From an uncultured Bacteroidota bacterium (lineage in GTDB: Bacteria; Bacteroidota; Bacteroidia; NS11-12g; UBA955), in assembly GCA_903879775.1 (NCBI GenBank), contig CAIRMY010000065.1:1-49558 (forward strand): DNA of 49,558 nucleotides. The letters are read 5' to 3'. Both the position numbers and the translations under genes were made by a program. Shown here in pieces: positions 18,364 through 27,510 of the stretch. Below the pieces are notes generated by a model that was not told the origin of the DNA, ran no database searches, and saw nothing but the letters and a program-made list of their open reading frames with translations. Each line of letters begins with the position of its first letter. Position 1 is the stretch's first letter.

Positions 18364-20256
18364 TTATTTTGTTTTTTTATCAACTTTTTCTGTCTTTTTC
18401 ACAGAATCATCGTAATCAAGCAAACCAAGTGTTTCTATACCTTGATCAAAAACAATATCAAATGGTATTTTTGCTTTTGACAATTTAGCCAAATCAGAGG
18501 CCAAACTAGGCTTAATTACACCTCTATCGGCAAGCATTTTATTCACACCAGCGATATCGCCATCACCTTGTAAGTGAAGCAATTCAGCCGCTAATTTTTC
18601 AATCACCAATTTCATTGCGGACACATTTATGGTGTAACCTTTATTTCCGGAAACAATACAACCACTATTTAACAAAGTGTTGAAGGTAATCATATTGGCC
18701 TTGCCATGTGCACTTGCAGCGCCAAATCTAACCGAACGAAACACAGAGGCAACAAAAGTTACATAATAATCATCTAAAGAACCTGTTAACTCTCCCTTTT
18801 GAAAAAGCTGAGTTACCATATATAATCCCAATACATCGGCTTTACATTCTTCAATTGCAGAATATGTTGCACCCAAAGCTTCTCTAACCGTTTTGCTTTG
18901 ATCTGAAACTAAATTTTTAACACCCAATCCATGAGCAACTTCGTGAAACATAACATTTGAAAAGAACGCATCAAACTTAATATTGGCCTGTTGGGTTGGA
19001 TCAACTAATATCTTTGAAATTGGCATCACCATTTCATCGAATTTAGCTTTCATCGTATTTTTCAATTGAGATCTACGGGTTCCAAAATACTTCTGCAAGG
19101 TTTCATCATTTGGTAAGTTTACAGCAATTGTTTTGCTCCCTGAATTACAGTCTCCGCCATAATAAACAGCATCAAAAACGGCAAGCTGACTCATTGAAGC
19201 GTCGGGCTTTTGCATCGGCGGAAAATTTGGTTCATTGATCATTTCACCGGTATTCGACATTAAATTGCCGTGTTCATCGAACTTGTTCACTCCCGTGTCA
19301 TTTGCCAAAACCGGTTTATATGCCGCTTCAACTGGAATATTCGCTTGTAATTCTGGTAACAATGCAATAAACTTATCCAATTTTTTACCCCATTCCATAT
19401 CCCTAACCAAGACGTAGGCCTCATATGATGTTTTGACGCCAAGCAACTTATCTTCATAGTTTTCAATTGGCCCAATCACAATGTCTAAATGTGATTTTAA
19501 TCCCATCCATTTTATATCCGACATAATATATTCACCAGACGTTAATGCAGCCGATCTTTCTTTTAAAAATCGAGCGAAAAATTTATCTTCAGCTTCAATG
19601 GCATCAGCCGCTAGATTCATGTGATTCATCAATTCCTGTAAATCTTTCCGGTAAGCAAACCCATAATCCATAACTCCAATTTCTCTACCATTTTTCATTG
19701 GCATACGTTCAATCATCATGAGCATATCTGGTTCTTCACCTTTTTTTGGTGGCTTCGGCGGCGCAGGGGGATGCTGCTTGTCGAATTTCGGCATTTCCTG
19801 AAGAACCGTATATGGACTTAACACCCTAACTTTAGTGTGTTCATCAACCATATTGACATCAAAGTTAGCCGGATAAAATTTTGCACCTTTTGGTTTCTCG
19901 CCGTATCCCGACAAAAATGGCTTTTCGTCATTCAATCTATCCCATGGACCATAGTTAATTTCCATAAAACGACGAATTGTGTCATTCTTTATGTTTTTTA
20001 AAGCTGATTCTTTATCCATAAATGTTTGTTTCCAGAATATATCATCAGCTTTTTTTGCAGCTTTAATTAAATGAACCAAACATCTTCTTTCAGCCAAAGA
20101 CAATAAACTAGTATCTGTCTTTAAGGAAATTTTCTTGTACCCATTCAATCGCTCCGCAATTGGATATCCTTTCACAACCTTTTGACCATAAGCATTTGAC
20201 CCTGCTAAAATTGCAAATGCTATGAGACCGAATTGACTTAATTTTTTCAATGTCAT
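18364..20256 (-). CDS. Secreted zinc metallopeptidase, M49 (DPP III)-like
   Basis: Signal peptide ...GSNAYG-Q. HEVAH in MFHEVAHGLG, followed by the second zinc motif EECKADVLG. Confidence 0.55.
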   Translation of the reverse strand: MTLKKLSQFGLIAFAILAGSNAYGQKVVKGYPIAERLNGYKKISLKTDTSLLSLAERRCLVHLIKAAKKADDIFWKQTFMDKESALKNIKNDTIRRFMEINYGPWDRLNDEKPFLSGYGEKPKGAKFYPANFDVNMVDEHTKVRVLSPYTVLQEMPKFDKQHPPAPPKPPKKGEEPDMLMMIERMPMKNGREIGVMDYGFAYRKDLQELMNHMNLAADAIEAEDKFFARFLKERSAALTSGEYIMSDIKWMGLKSHLDIVIGPIENYEDKLLGVKTSYEAYVLVRDMEWGKKLDKFIALLPELQANIPVEAAYKPVLANDTGVNKFDEHGNLMSNTGEMINEPNFPPMQKPDASMSQLAVFDAVYYGGDCNSGSKTIAVNLPNDETLQKYFGTRRSQLKNTMKAKFDEMVMPISKILVDPTQQANIKFDAFFSNVMFHEVAHGLGVKNLVSDQSKTVREALGATYSAIEECKADVLGLYMVTQLFQKGELTGSLDDYYVTFVASVFRSVRFGAASAHGKANMITFNTLLNSGCIVSGNKGYTINVSAMKLVIEKLAAELLHLQGDGDIAGVNKMLADRGVIKPSLASDLAKLSKAKIPFDIVFDQGIETLGLLDYDDSVKKTEKVDKKTK

Positions 20257-20260
20257 TTTA

Positions 20261-20268
20261 CAAAAATA
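20261..20268 (-). promoter_or_regulatory. Bacteroidota -7 box upstream of the M49-like peptidase gene
   Basis: Plus strand caaaaata = minus strand TATTTTTG, 4 nt from ATG 20256. Confidence 0.5.
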
Positions 20269-20402
20269 TGGGGTTCTACACGCTAAAAAAAGCCAATTTG
20301 CGATTTACCCAAAAATAAACGACAAAAATGGCAATTCTAACGATTTAACCGTTTTTACACGTTTAAAACAAGCATCTTTGTATCCCTTCGATCATCAAAA
20401 TT

Positions 20403-21380
20403 GTGATACCTCAAATTAGCCAACAACTCACCGAAAAACTCCTCCGTTCTATGCCAAATAACAAGGGTACGATACAATTGAATGGACAAAATTTACCTAT
20501 GAGTTATATGGAACTGAGCAAGCCTACGGGCAAATATGTTTACCGTATTTTCATGAAACTTTTTAACCTCTTTAGTCGAAATGGATATATCAGGGTTGTT
20601 GGAAATACCTGCGCTCCAGGACTAATTTTTCCAAATATCCCCCAAGAGTCAAACCCTAAAGAGTTCATCCAAAAAGAAAATTCTTGCGGTGTATTGGTTG
20701 CAAATGTATTGGGAAACGAGAAATTCAAACATGCAACCACCATTCCTGCAGAACCATTCATGCTCGTTCACATTGAACCTAATCTTGAAACGTTGGAAGA
20801 TTACTTCAATCAATTCTCATCCAAATATAGAGTTCGCGCCCACAAAGTTTTAAAAAATAGCCAATCAATTGAATTCAAAACGCTCAATAATTTACCTTCC
20901 AATGATTGGATTTCACAATGTGGCAAATTGCTAAATCATTCTCTACAAAACAAAACCATTGCAATCGGCCAAAATTTATCGGAACTCATTCATTGTTACC
21001 AAAAAACTTTAAACAATCAATTTAAGGTTCATGGTTATTTTTTGGAGGGACAATTAGTCGGATTTATCAGCTTTATTGAGGAAGATAATCATATCCATGC
21101 AACCCATTTAGGCATTGATGAAAATCTGTCATTAACTTACAGTTTGTACCAAAGAATGATGTACGATTTAATTCAATACAGCATTGTCAATAAAAAGAAA
21201 ACAATTAATATTGGTAGAACTGCAACTGAAATTAAAAGCACACTTGGAGCTGTTCCTATTGAAAACAGCTTTGTACTATTCACTAAAAGTATAATTTTGC
21301 GTTTTTTACTCAATTTATATACAAATTACATCCATAAAACACAAGTCTATACACTTAGAAATCCATTCAAAACAGCGTAA
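20403..21380 (+). CDS. Hypothetical protein, possibly a GNAT/FemAB-fold acyltransferase; start codon uncertain
   Basis: 325-aa ORF from GTG 20403, with in-frame ATGs further downstream. The C-terminal part (LVGFISFIEEDNHIHATHLGID...YQRMMYDLIQYSI...INIGRTATEIKSTLGAVP) loosely resembles FemAB/BioF2-like GNAT domains. This is weak by-eye evidence only. Confidence 0.25.
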   Translation: MIPQISQQLTEKLLRSMPNNKGTIQLNGQNLPMSYMELSKPTGKYVYRIFMKLFNLFSRNGYIRVVGNTCAPGLIFPNIPQESNPKEFIQKENSCGVLVANVLGNEKFKHATTIPAEPFMLVHIEPNLETLEDYFNQFSSKYRVRAHKVLKNSQSIEFKTLNNLPSNDWISQCGKLLNHSLQNKTIAIGQNLSELIHCYQKTLNNQFKVHGYFLEGQLVGFISFIEEDNHIHATHLGIDENLSLTYSLYQRMMYDLIQYSIVNKKKTINIGRTATEIKSTLGAVPIENSFVLFTKSIILRFLLNLYTNYIHKTQVYTLRNPFKTA

Positions 21381-21400
21381 GTTCATTAACGATACTTTCA

Positions 21401-21408
21401 TATATTTG
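21401..21408 (+). promoter_or_regulatory. Bacteroidota -7 box upstream of the C1 peptidase gene
   Basis: TATATTTG, 4 nt from ATG 21413. Confidence 0.5.
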
Positions 21409-21412
21409 TAAA

Positions 21413-22597
21413 ATGAAGTATTTCGCATTTATCGTCGGAAGTTTATTCTTTTCTGCTGCAAACGCACAAACAATTTCAAACAAGCCAGGAAGTGCATACA
21501 CCTTCACAAAGGTATTTGAAACTCAAAAACCAACTGTAAAAGACCAATGTAAAACCTCTACCTGTTGGAGTTATAGCACCCTCTCTTTGGTTGAAGCTGA
21601 ACTCATGAAACAGAATAAAGGCAATTTAGATTTGTCGGAAATGTTTGTGGCTCGTTGGGCCTATATCGAAAAAGCAATCACCTATATTCGGATGAATGGA
21701 AAACATCAATTCGATCAAGGCGGTGAAGGACATGATGTTCCATTTATCATTGAAAAATATGGCATAGTGCCAGAATCTGTTTACACTGGCTTAATCAATG
21801 GCAAAACAAGACACAACCACGATGAATTAATTGATGTTCTCAAAGCTTACGTTGAAACGATTGCAAAAAAGAACCCAACAACACTTGGTAAAGATTGGAT
21901 TGCCGGAATTGAAGGTATTTTAGACGCTTACCTTGGGAAAATCCCCAATGAATTTGAGTATAATGGTAAAAAATACACCCCTATATCTTTTGCTCAAAGC
22001 TTAGGAATTAATTTTAACGATTACGTCATTCTAACCTCTTTTACCCATCACCCATATTACAAACCTTTTGCAATTGAAGTTCCAGACAATTGGGCCATGC
22101 AAACCGCCATCAATGTCCCTCTAAATGAACTTTTAGAGAACATGAAAAATGCTTTGAAAGAAGGACATTCAATTGCCTGGGCAGCCGATGTAAGCGAAAA
22201 AGGATTCTCTTTTAAAAATGGCTTGGCCATAGTTCCATTGCATGATTCTCTGATTACTAAAATTGGAACCGACAACAAAGGATTCAACGACGGCGGTGCA
22301 CACAGAGAAGGAAATGTTTTCGAAACACCTTGTAATGAACTAGAGATTAATGAAAGTATGCGTCAAGAAGCCTTTGATTTACAAAAAACCACCGACGATC
22401 ATGGCATGCACATTACAGGTTTATACAGAGAAAAATCAGGTAAAGATTTTTTTGAAGTTAAAAATTCTTGGGGAACTTCAAACCCTTGTGGCGGTTACCT
22501 TTTCGTGAGCGAACCATATACTAAATACAAAACAATTTCTGTGATGTTTCATAAAAATGGACTCTCAAAAAATACAAAAAAAGCTTTAGGTATATAG
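21413..22597 (+). CDS. Secreted C1-family cysteine peptidase (aminopeptidase C / bleomycin-hydrolase-like)
   Basis: Signal peptide ...SAANA-Q. Catalytic Cys in QCKTSTCWSYS, His in DDHGMHITG, and Asn region VKNSWG. Confidence 0.75.
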   Translation: MKYFAFIVGSLFFSAANAQTISNKPGSAYTFTKVFETQKPTVKDQCKTSTCWSYSTLSLVEAELMKQNKGNLDLSEMFVARWAYIEKAITYIRMNGKHQFDQGGEGHDVPFIIEKYGIVPESVYTGLINGKTRHNHDELIDVLKAYVETIAKKNPTTLGKDWIAGIEGILDAYLGKIPNEFEYNGKKYTPISFAQSLGINFNDYVILTSFTHHPYYKPFAIEVPDNWAMQTAINVPLNELLENMKNALKEGHSIAWAADVSEKGFSFKNGLAIVPLHDSLITKIGTDNKGFNDGGAHREGNVFETPCNELEINESMRQEAFDLQKTTDDHGMHITGLYREKSGKDFFEVKNSWGTSNPCGGYLFVSEPYTKYKTISVMFHKNGLSKNTKKALGI

Positions 22598-22623
22598 ACC
22601 TGAAGAACTTTCCAAATTGAACG

Positions 22624-22639
22624 ACCCCAAAATTGGGGT
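22624..22639 (+). terminator. Possible weak terminator hairpin after the C1 peptidase gene
   Basis: accccaa..ttggggt inverted repeat 27 nt after the stop. The loop is very small and the T-tract is poor (ttgatttat). Confidence 0.3.
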
Positions 22640-22783
22640 TGATTTATCAATGTTGTACCGAATCGTTTTCTTTGCATAAACCACCATTTAATATTTAATT
22701 AATATTAAAATCTCCTAATGACTGCGGGCATTTAACAGTATAGTCACATTGCAATAAGAAATTTGTAATGGGAAAATACTAAA

Positions 22784-23626
22784 ATGCAAAAACGAGAGAT
22801 ACAAGTAAGCGTGATCAGTGATTTACACTTAGGCACTTTTGGTTGCCATGCGAATGACATTGTTCGATACTTAAAAGAAATCAATCCAAAAATTTTAGTC
22901 CTTAATGGCGATATCATAGATATCTGGCAATTCCGTAAAAAATATTTCCCACCTGCCCATATGCAAGTGATTCGTGAAATTTTAAAAATGATGGAATCTG
23001 GTACGCTTGTTTATTATATTACAGGAAACCACGATGAAGCGCTTCGTAAATATTCAGGAACCAGGGTAGGTAATTTATTACTCGATGACAAACTTGTTTT
23101 AGAACTCGATGGAAAAAGAACTTGGATATTTCATGGAGATGTATTCGATGCAACAACAAAAGGCAGTGCGAAAATCATCGCTAAATTAGGTGGGCAGGGT
23201 TATGATTTCCTCATTTGGCTCAATCATTGGTCAAACAAATTGCTCACATTTTTCGGGAAAGAAAAAATGAGTTTCTCGAAAAAAATTAAAAATAGCGTTA
23301 AAAAAGCGGTCTCTTGGATTGCCGACTTTGAGCAAACAGCCGCAGAATTAGCCATTGAAAAAGGATTTGATTATGTAGTCTGTGGGCATATCCACCAACC
23401 TCAAATGAGAACTGTAACGAATGAAAAAGGAAGTGTTACATACTTAAATAGTGGTGATTGGATTGAGAATTTAACAGCCTTAGAATACAATGCTAGAGAA
23501 TGGAATATCCACTATTTCAAACCTCAAAAGAACCAAGTCAATTACAATGTTGATTATGAAAAAACACCTAAAATTCCAGATGTTTTAACCCAACAAGTTG
23601 CCTTCTGGATTCAAAGTGCTTTATAA
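22784..23626 (+). CDS. LpxH-family calcineurin-like metallophosphoesterase (UDP-2,3-diacylglucosamine diphosphatase-like)
   Basis: Motifs VISDLHLG, NGDIIDIW, GNHDE and CGHIHQP. Confidence 0.7.
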   Translation: MQKREIQVSVISDLHLGTFGCHANDIVRYLKEINPKILVLNGDIIDIWQFRKKYFPPAHMQVIREILKMMESGTLVYYITGNHDEALRKYSGTRVGNLLLDDKLVLELDGKRTWIFHGDVFDATTKGSAKIIAKLGGQGYDFLIWLNHWSNKLLTFFGKEKMSFSKKIKNSVKKAVSWIADFEQTAAELAIEKGFDYVVCGHIHQPQMRTVTNEKGSVTYLNSGDWIENLTALEYNAREWNIHYFKPQKNQVNYNVDYEKTPKIPDVLTQQVAFWIQSAL

Positions 23627-23629
23627 ATT

Positions 23630-24622
23630 ATGAAAATTCTTTATGCAGTTCAAGCCACAGGAAATGGACATATTTCAAGGGCCATTGAATTGATGCCTTA
23701 CCTCGAAAAATATGGTCAAATTGATGTATTTCTGAGTGGAAGCAATGCTTCGTTAAATCCGCAGTTGCCTGTAAAATTCAAAAGCAAAGGTGTAAGTTTG
23801 TTTTATAAGAAAAAAGGAAAACTCGATTATCAAAAAACACTCCGTCAAATTAATCCAGCGAGAATCATAAACGATGCCCGACAATTGCCTTTGAAGGATT
23901 ATGATTTAATTTTAAACGATTTCGAATATATCTGTTCAACGGCCTGCAAAATGACAGATACCAAAATGATTCACATTGGGCACCAGGCAAGTTTTGCCTC
24001 CAAAAACACCCCTAGACCTGAAAAAAAAGACCGTTTGGGTGAGTGGGTATTGAAAAAATATTGTCAGAGCGAACACAATATTGGATTTCATTTCGACCAA
24101 TATGAATCATGGATATTGCCCCCGGTTATTAAAACCAACCTTTGGGAATTATTGCCAACGAATCAAAAACACATCACCGTTTACCTACCGCATTATTCCG
24201 ATGAAATTCTTGAAGATACCTTTAGAGAATTCAAGAAAATAGAGTTCTATATATTCTCTAAAAATCAAAAGAAAATTCAACGAAATAAAAACATTGTTTG
24301 GCACCCTATCGACACAATTTTATTCAACGAAAGCATGACCAATTGCGAGGGAATAATTACAGGCGCTGGATTTGAAACACCTGCGGAATCGATGTTTTTG
24401 GGTAAAAAATTGATGGTCATCCCCATTAAAGGCCAATACGAACAAAAATGCAATGCGGCAGCAATGAAACCTTTTGGAGTGACAGTCATCTCAGAAATTG
24501 ATTTCAAATTCAAAAAGAATTTTGAAAAATGGCACGAAGAAAAACCCAACAATTTGCAAACGCCTAACTTCTTAAAAACAGATATTATTGTCGAAAAAGC
24601 CATGGAATTGGCTTTGAAATAG
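23630..24622 (+). CDS. GT-B glycosyltransferase (MJ1255 / GT28-C-terminal-like)
   Basis: N-terminus MKILYAVQATGNGHISRA. C-terminal nucleotide-sugar region GIITGAGFETPAESMFLGKKLMVIP. Starts 4 nt after the LpxH-like stop. Confidence 0.6.
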   Translation: MKILYAVQATGNGHISRAIELMPYLEKYGQIDVFLSGSNASLNPQLPVKFKSKGVSLFYKKKGKLDYQKTLRQINPARIINDARQLPLKDYDLILNDFEYICSTACKMTDTKMIHIGHQASFASKNTPRPEKKDRLGEWVLKKYCQSEHNIGFHFDQYESWILPPVIKTNLWELLPTNQKHITVYLPHYSDEILEDTFREFKKIEFYIFSKNQKKIQRNKNIVWHPIDTILFNESMTNCEGIITGAGFETPAESMFLGKKLMVIPIKGQYEQKCNAAAMKPFGVTVISEIDFKFKKNFEKWHEEKPNNLQTPNFLKTDIIVEKAMELALK

Positions 24623-24647
24623 TTTGATTTTGAGGGACGCGAAAGTT

Positions 24648-24673
24648 GCAAAAGATTTTCGTAGTGCTTTTGC
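24648..24673 (+). terminator. Possible weak terminator after the glycosyltransferase gene
   Basis: gcaaaag (24648-24654) / cttttgc (24667-24673) with a 12-nt loop, followed by only ttt. Confidence 0.25.
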
Positions 24674-24684
24674 TTTGCAAATCT

Positions 24685-24692
24685 TATCTTTG
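24685..24692 (+). promoter_or_regulatory. Bacteroidota -7 box upstream of ald
   Basis: TATCTTTG, 17 nt from ATG 24710. Confidence 0.55.
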
Positions 24693-24709
24693 CGGTAATT
24701 TTAACCATC

Positions 24710-25825
24710 ATGATAATTGGCATACCTAAAGAAATCAAAAACAACGAAAATCGCGTTGCTTTAACCCCTGCTGGGGCTAGTGAATTGGTCAAAAACGGTC
24801 ACACGTTGTATGTACAAGCTACTGCCGGAAACGGAAGTGGTTTCTCAGACGAAGAATATGTTAGCGCTGGCGCTAAAATGCTTCCTACCATTGAAGAAGT
24901 TTACGGCATTGCCGAAATGATCATCAAAGTAAAAGAGCCAATTGAGTCTGAATACCCGTTGATTAAGGAAAATCAATTGCTATTTACTTATTTCCACTTT
25001 GCTTCCTATGAGCCATTAACTCATGCGATGATTAAGAGCAACTCTGTTTGTTTGGCATATGAAACAGTTGAACGCCCAGACAGAAGCTTACCTCTCTTGG
25101 TTCCAATGAGTGAAGTTGCCGGTAGAATGAGTATCCAAGAAGGCGCAAAATACTTAGAAAAACCTATGGGCGGACGTGGAATCCTCTTAGGTGGCGTACC
25201 AGGCGTGAAACCAGCAAACGTAATCGTTTTAGGCGGTGGTATCGTTGGTACACAAGCTGCTAAAATGGCTGCAGGTTTAGGTGCAAACGTAACCTTAATG
25301 GATATTAGTTTACCTCGTTTACGTCAACTCGACGATACAATGCCAGCTAACGTAAACACACAATATAGCAACGAATACAACATTAGAGAAGCAATCAAAA
25401 CTGCTGATTTGGTGATTGGTGGTGTATTAATTCCAGGTGCTAAAGCTCCTAAATTAATCACACGCGATATGTTGCCAACCATGCGTAAAGGATCTGTAAT
25501 TGTTGACGTTGCAATTGACCAAGGTGGTTGCTTCGAAACATCTAAACCAACTACGCATGCTGAACCTTGCTACGAAGTTGATGGTGTTGTTCACTATTGT
25601 GTAGCGAACATGCCAGGCGCTGTACCTTATACTTCTACCCTTGCGTTAACCAACGCTACTTTGCCATATGCAATTCAATTGGCGAACAAAGGTTGGAAGA
25701 AAGCTTGCAGCGACAATAACGACCTAAAATTAGGTTTAAATGTTGTGAATGGCAAAGTAGTTTATAAAGGAGTAAGTGAAGCGTTTAACCTTCCTTACAC
25801 TCCAGTTGAAAATGTACTTAACTAA
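24710..25825 (+). CDS. ald: Alanine dehydrogenase
   Basis: MIIGIPKEIKNNENRVALTPAG and NAD fold VLGGGIVGTQAAKMAAGLGA. 371 aa. Confidence 0.95.
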   Translation: MIIGIPKEIKNNENRVALTPAGASELVKNGHTLYVQATAGNGSGFSDEEYVSAGAKMLPTIEEVYGIAEMIIKVKEPIESEYPLIKENQLLFTYFHFASYEPLTHAMIKSNSVCLAYETVERPDRSLPLLVPMSEVAGRMSIQEGAKYLEKPMGGRGILLGGVPGVKPANVIVLGGGIVGTQAAKMAAGLGANVTLMDISLPRLRQLDDTMPANVNTQYSNEYNIREAIKTADLVIGGVLIPGAKAPKLITRDMLPTMRKGSVIVDVAIDQGGCFETSKPTTHAEPCYEVDGVVHYCVANMPGAVPYTSTLALTNATLPYAIQLANKGWKKACSDNNDLKLGLNVVNGKVVYKGVSEAFNLPYTPVENVLN

Positions 25826-25846
25826 TTAATTTTTCATAATATTTCA

Positions 25847-25878
25847 GGGGAAAAGAACACCTTCTTTTCCCCTTTTTT
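25847..25878 (+). terminator. Rho-independent terminator after ald
   Basis: Stem ggggaaaagaa (25847-25857) / ttcttttcccc (25862-25872), loop cacc, then tttttt (25873-25878). Confidence 0.85.
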
Positions 25879-25888
25879 ATACCCAAAT

Positions 25889-26653
25889 ATGCTAGTTAAC
25901 TATAAAATATACGGTGCCGAAAACAAAAAAACCATCTACATTTTGCATGGTATTTTTGGAATGCTCGACAATTGGCACAACATTGCCAACCATCTCTCAA
26001 CCAATTACAGAATCGTTGCTGTCGACGCCCGAAATCATGGAAAATCATTCCACCATGAAGATTCATCCTACCTTGCAATGGCAAACGATCTTAAAAATTT
26101 AATGATCCATTTAAACACGCCTTCTGCGATTGTTCTAGGACATTCAATGGGAGGAAAAACAGCATTGTTGTTCGCCGACTTATATCCAGAAATGGTAGAC
26201 AACCTCATTTTGGTTGACATTGCGCCTAAAAAATACCACCCTGGGCATTTAGAATACTTTAGAGCCTTTAGAGAACTTGATTTTTCCAAAATCCATTCTC
26301 GTAAAGATGCCGAAGAAGCTTTCATGCCGTTTGCACCAGAAATGGGAGTTCGCCAATTTTTGCTCAAAAACTTAGAAGCGAATGCCGACGGCGGTTATAA
26401 ACTCAAGATAAACCTAAGTGCCATAGGAAATTATTACGATGAAATTATTGATGCCATTTCATTTAACAATGCCTTTGTAAAGTCAACACATTTCATCCTT
26501 GGCGAAAAAAGTGGTTACCTCAAAGAAACCGATAAGCCATACATTGAACAGTATTTCCCTACAGCAGCTTACCATACAGTGGCAAATGCAGGACATTGGG
26601 TGCACGCCGACAATCCTTCTGGTTTTCTAACAATTTTGAATCAGATTCTTTAA
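25889..26653 (+). CDS. Alpha/beta-fold hydrolase (YbfF/ABHD11-like esterase)
   Basis: ILHGIFG, nucleophile elbow GHSMGGK, and C-terminal GHWVHAD. Confidence 0.8.
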   Translation: MLVNYKIYGAENKKTIYILHGIFGMLDNWHNIANHLSTNYRIVAVDARNHGKSFHHEDSSYLAMANDLKNLMIHLNTPSAIVLGHSMGGKTALLFADLYPEMVDNLILVDIAPKKYHPGHLEYFRAFRELDFSKIHSRKDAEEAFMPFAPEMGVRQFLLKNLEANADGGYKLKINLSAIGNYYDEIIDAISFNNAFVKSTHFILGEKSGYLKETDKPYIEQYFPTAAYHTVANAGHWVHADNPSGFLTILNQIL

Positions 26654-26696
26654 TCAATCATACAATTTCACTATTTTCGAAGAAACTTCGTGAGAA

Positions 26697-27506
26697 ATGA
26701 CAAAATATAATTTGAAATATACCCTCCTTATTGCATTCATATTATGCTCACTTAAACTTTCAGCGCAAACCGCAGAAACCGATACTGGAGCGCTCAAAAT
26801 AAAAACAGCATCTCCCGAAAAACCTTCTTGGGTTACACTCGATTTAAGTGCTGGATATTTTGTAAACTTTAGCGATTTGGCAACAAGATACCCAGAATAT
26901 ACTTGCTTCCCACTTGGTGTTGGATACCAGCATAAAAACAAATGGGTTGCAAGCCTCGACTATAATTTAATCTTTGGCACAAGTGTAGATATTGCTGGCT
27001 ATTTCGATCATATTTCTAACGAAAATGGATATATGATTGACGCCAAAGGCCAACCCGCAATCATCAACACCTACATGCGCGGTTTCTCTGCTAGAGCCCA
27101 TTATTCGAAAATCATTCCCCTGTCTAAAAATCCAAATTTTAGCGATTGGAACATTCAAATTGGTGGTGGTTTAGGATACTCACAAACATATATTTTATTT
27201 CAATTCGATGAAGGAGAACTCCCACAGCTGGAAGGTTTAAACACAGGCGGTTACGACCGACTTTCTGGCGGTTTCCAAATTGCTGAAAGGTTTAGAATCC
27301 AATATTTAAATCCCAATTCGTTAAGTTTCTTTTTAGGTGTCGATTTAATACAAGGTTCAACAAAAAGTATGCGCCCTTGGAACTTTTCAACCAACACTGC
27401 CGACGATCAATCTATGACAGAAATTGCAGCTGGTGTAAATCTTGGATTGGTTATTCCAATTAAAACCAGATCTCGAAATACTGTCCCCGATTACTTTATG
27501 GAATAA
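26697..27506 (+). CDS. Hypothetical secreted protein, beta-barrel-like
   Basis: Signal peptide MTKYNLKYTLLIAFILCSLKLSA-Q. Gly/aromatic-rich alternating segments (LDLSAGYFVNF, IQIGGGLGYSQTY, FFLGVDLIQG, AAGVNLGLVIPI). Confidence 0.3.
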   Translation: MTKYNLKYTLLIAFILCSLKLSAQTAETDTGALKIKTASPEKPSWVTLDLSAGYFVNFSDLATRYPEYTCFPLGVGYQHKNKWVASLDYNLIFGTSVDIAGYFDHISNENGYMIDAKGQPAIINTYMRGFSARAHYSKIIPLSKNPNFSDWNIQIGGGLGYSQTYILFQFDEGELPQLEGLNTGGYDRLSGGFQIAERFRIQYLNPNSLSFFLGVDLIQGSTKSMRPWNFSTNTADDQSMTEIAAGVNLGLVIPIKTRSRNTVPDYFME

Positions 27507-27510
27507 CAAA

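Noticed and set aside
24277-24792. 171-aa minus-strand ORF spanning the end of the glycosyltransferase gene and the start of ald.
   Set aside because: It is antisense to two well-supported genes and crosses their intergenic promoter. The sequence is low-complexity with no recognisable motif.
27442-27510. waaA ORF start at TTG 27442, overlapping the upstream ORF by 65 nt.
   Set aside because: The extension is hydrophilic and overlaps a real-looking gene. The in-frame TTG 27511 lies immediately after the upstream stop and before the membrane anchor.
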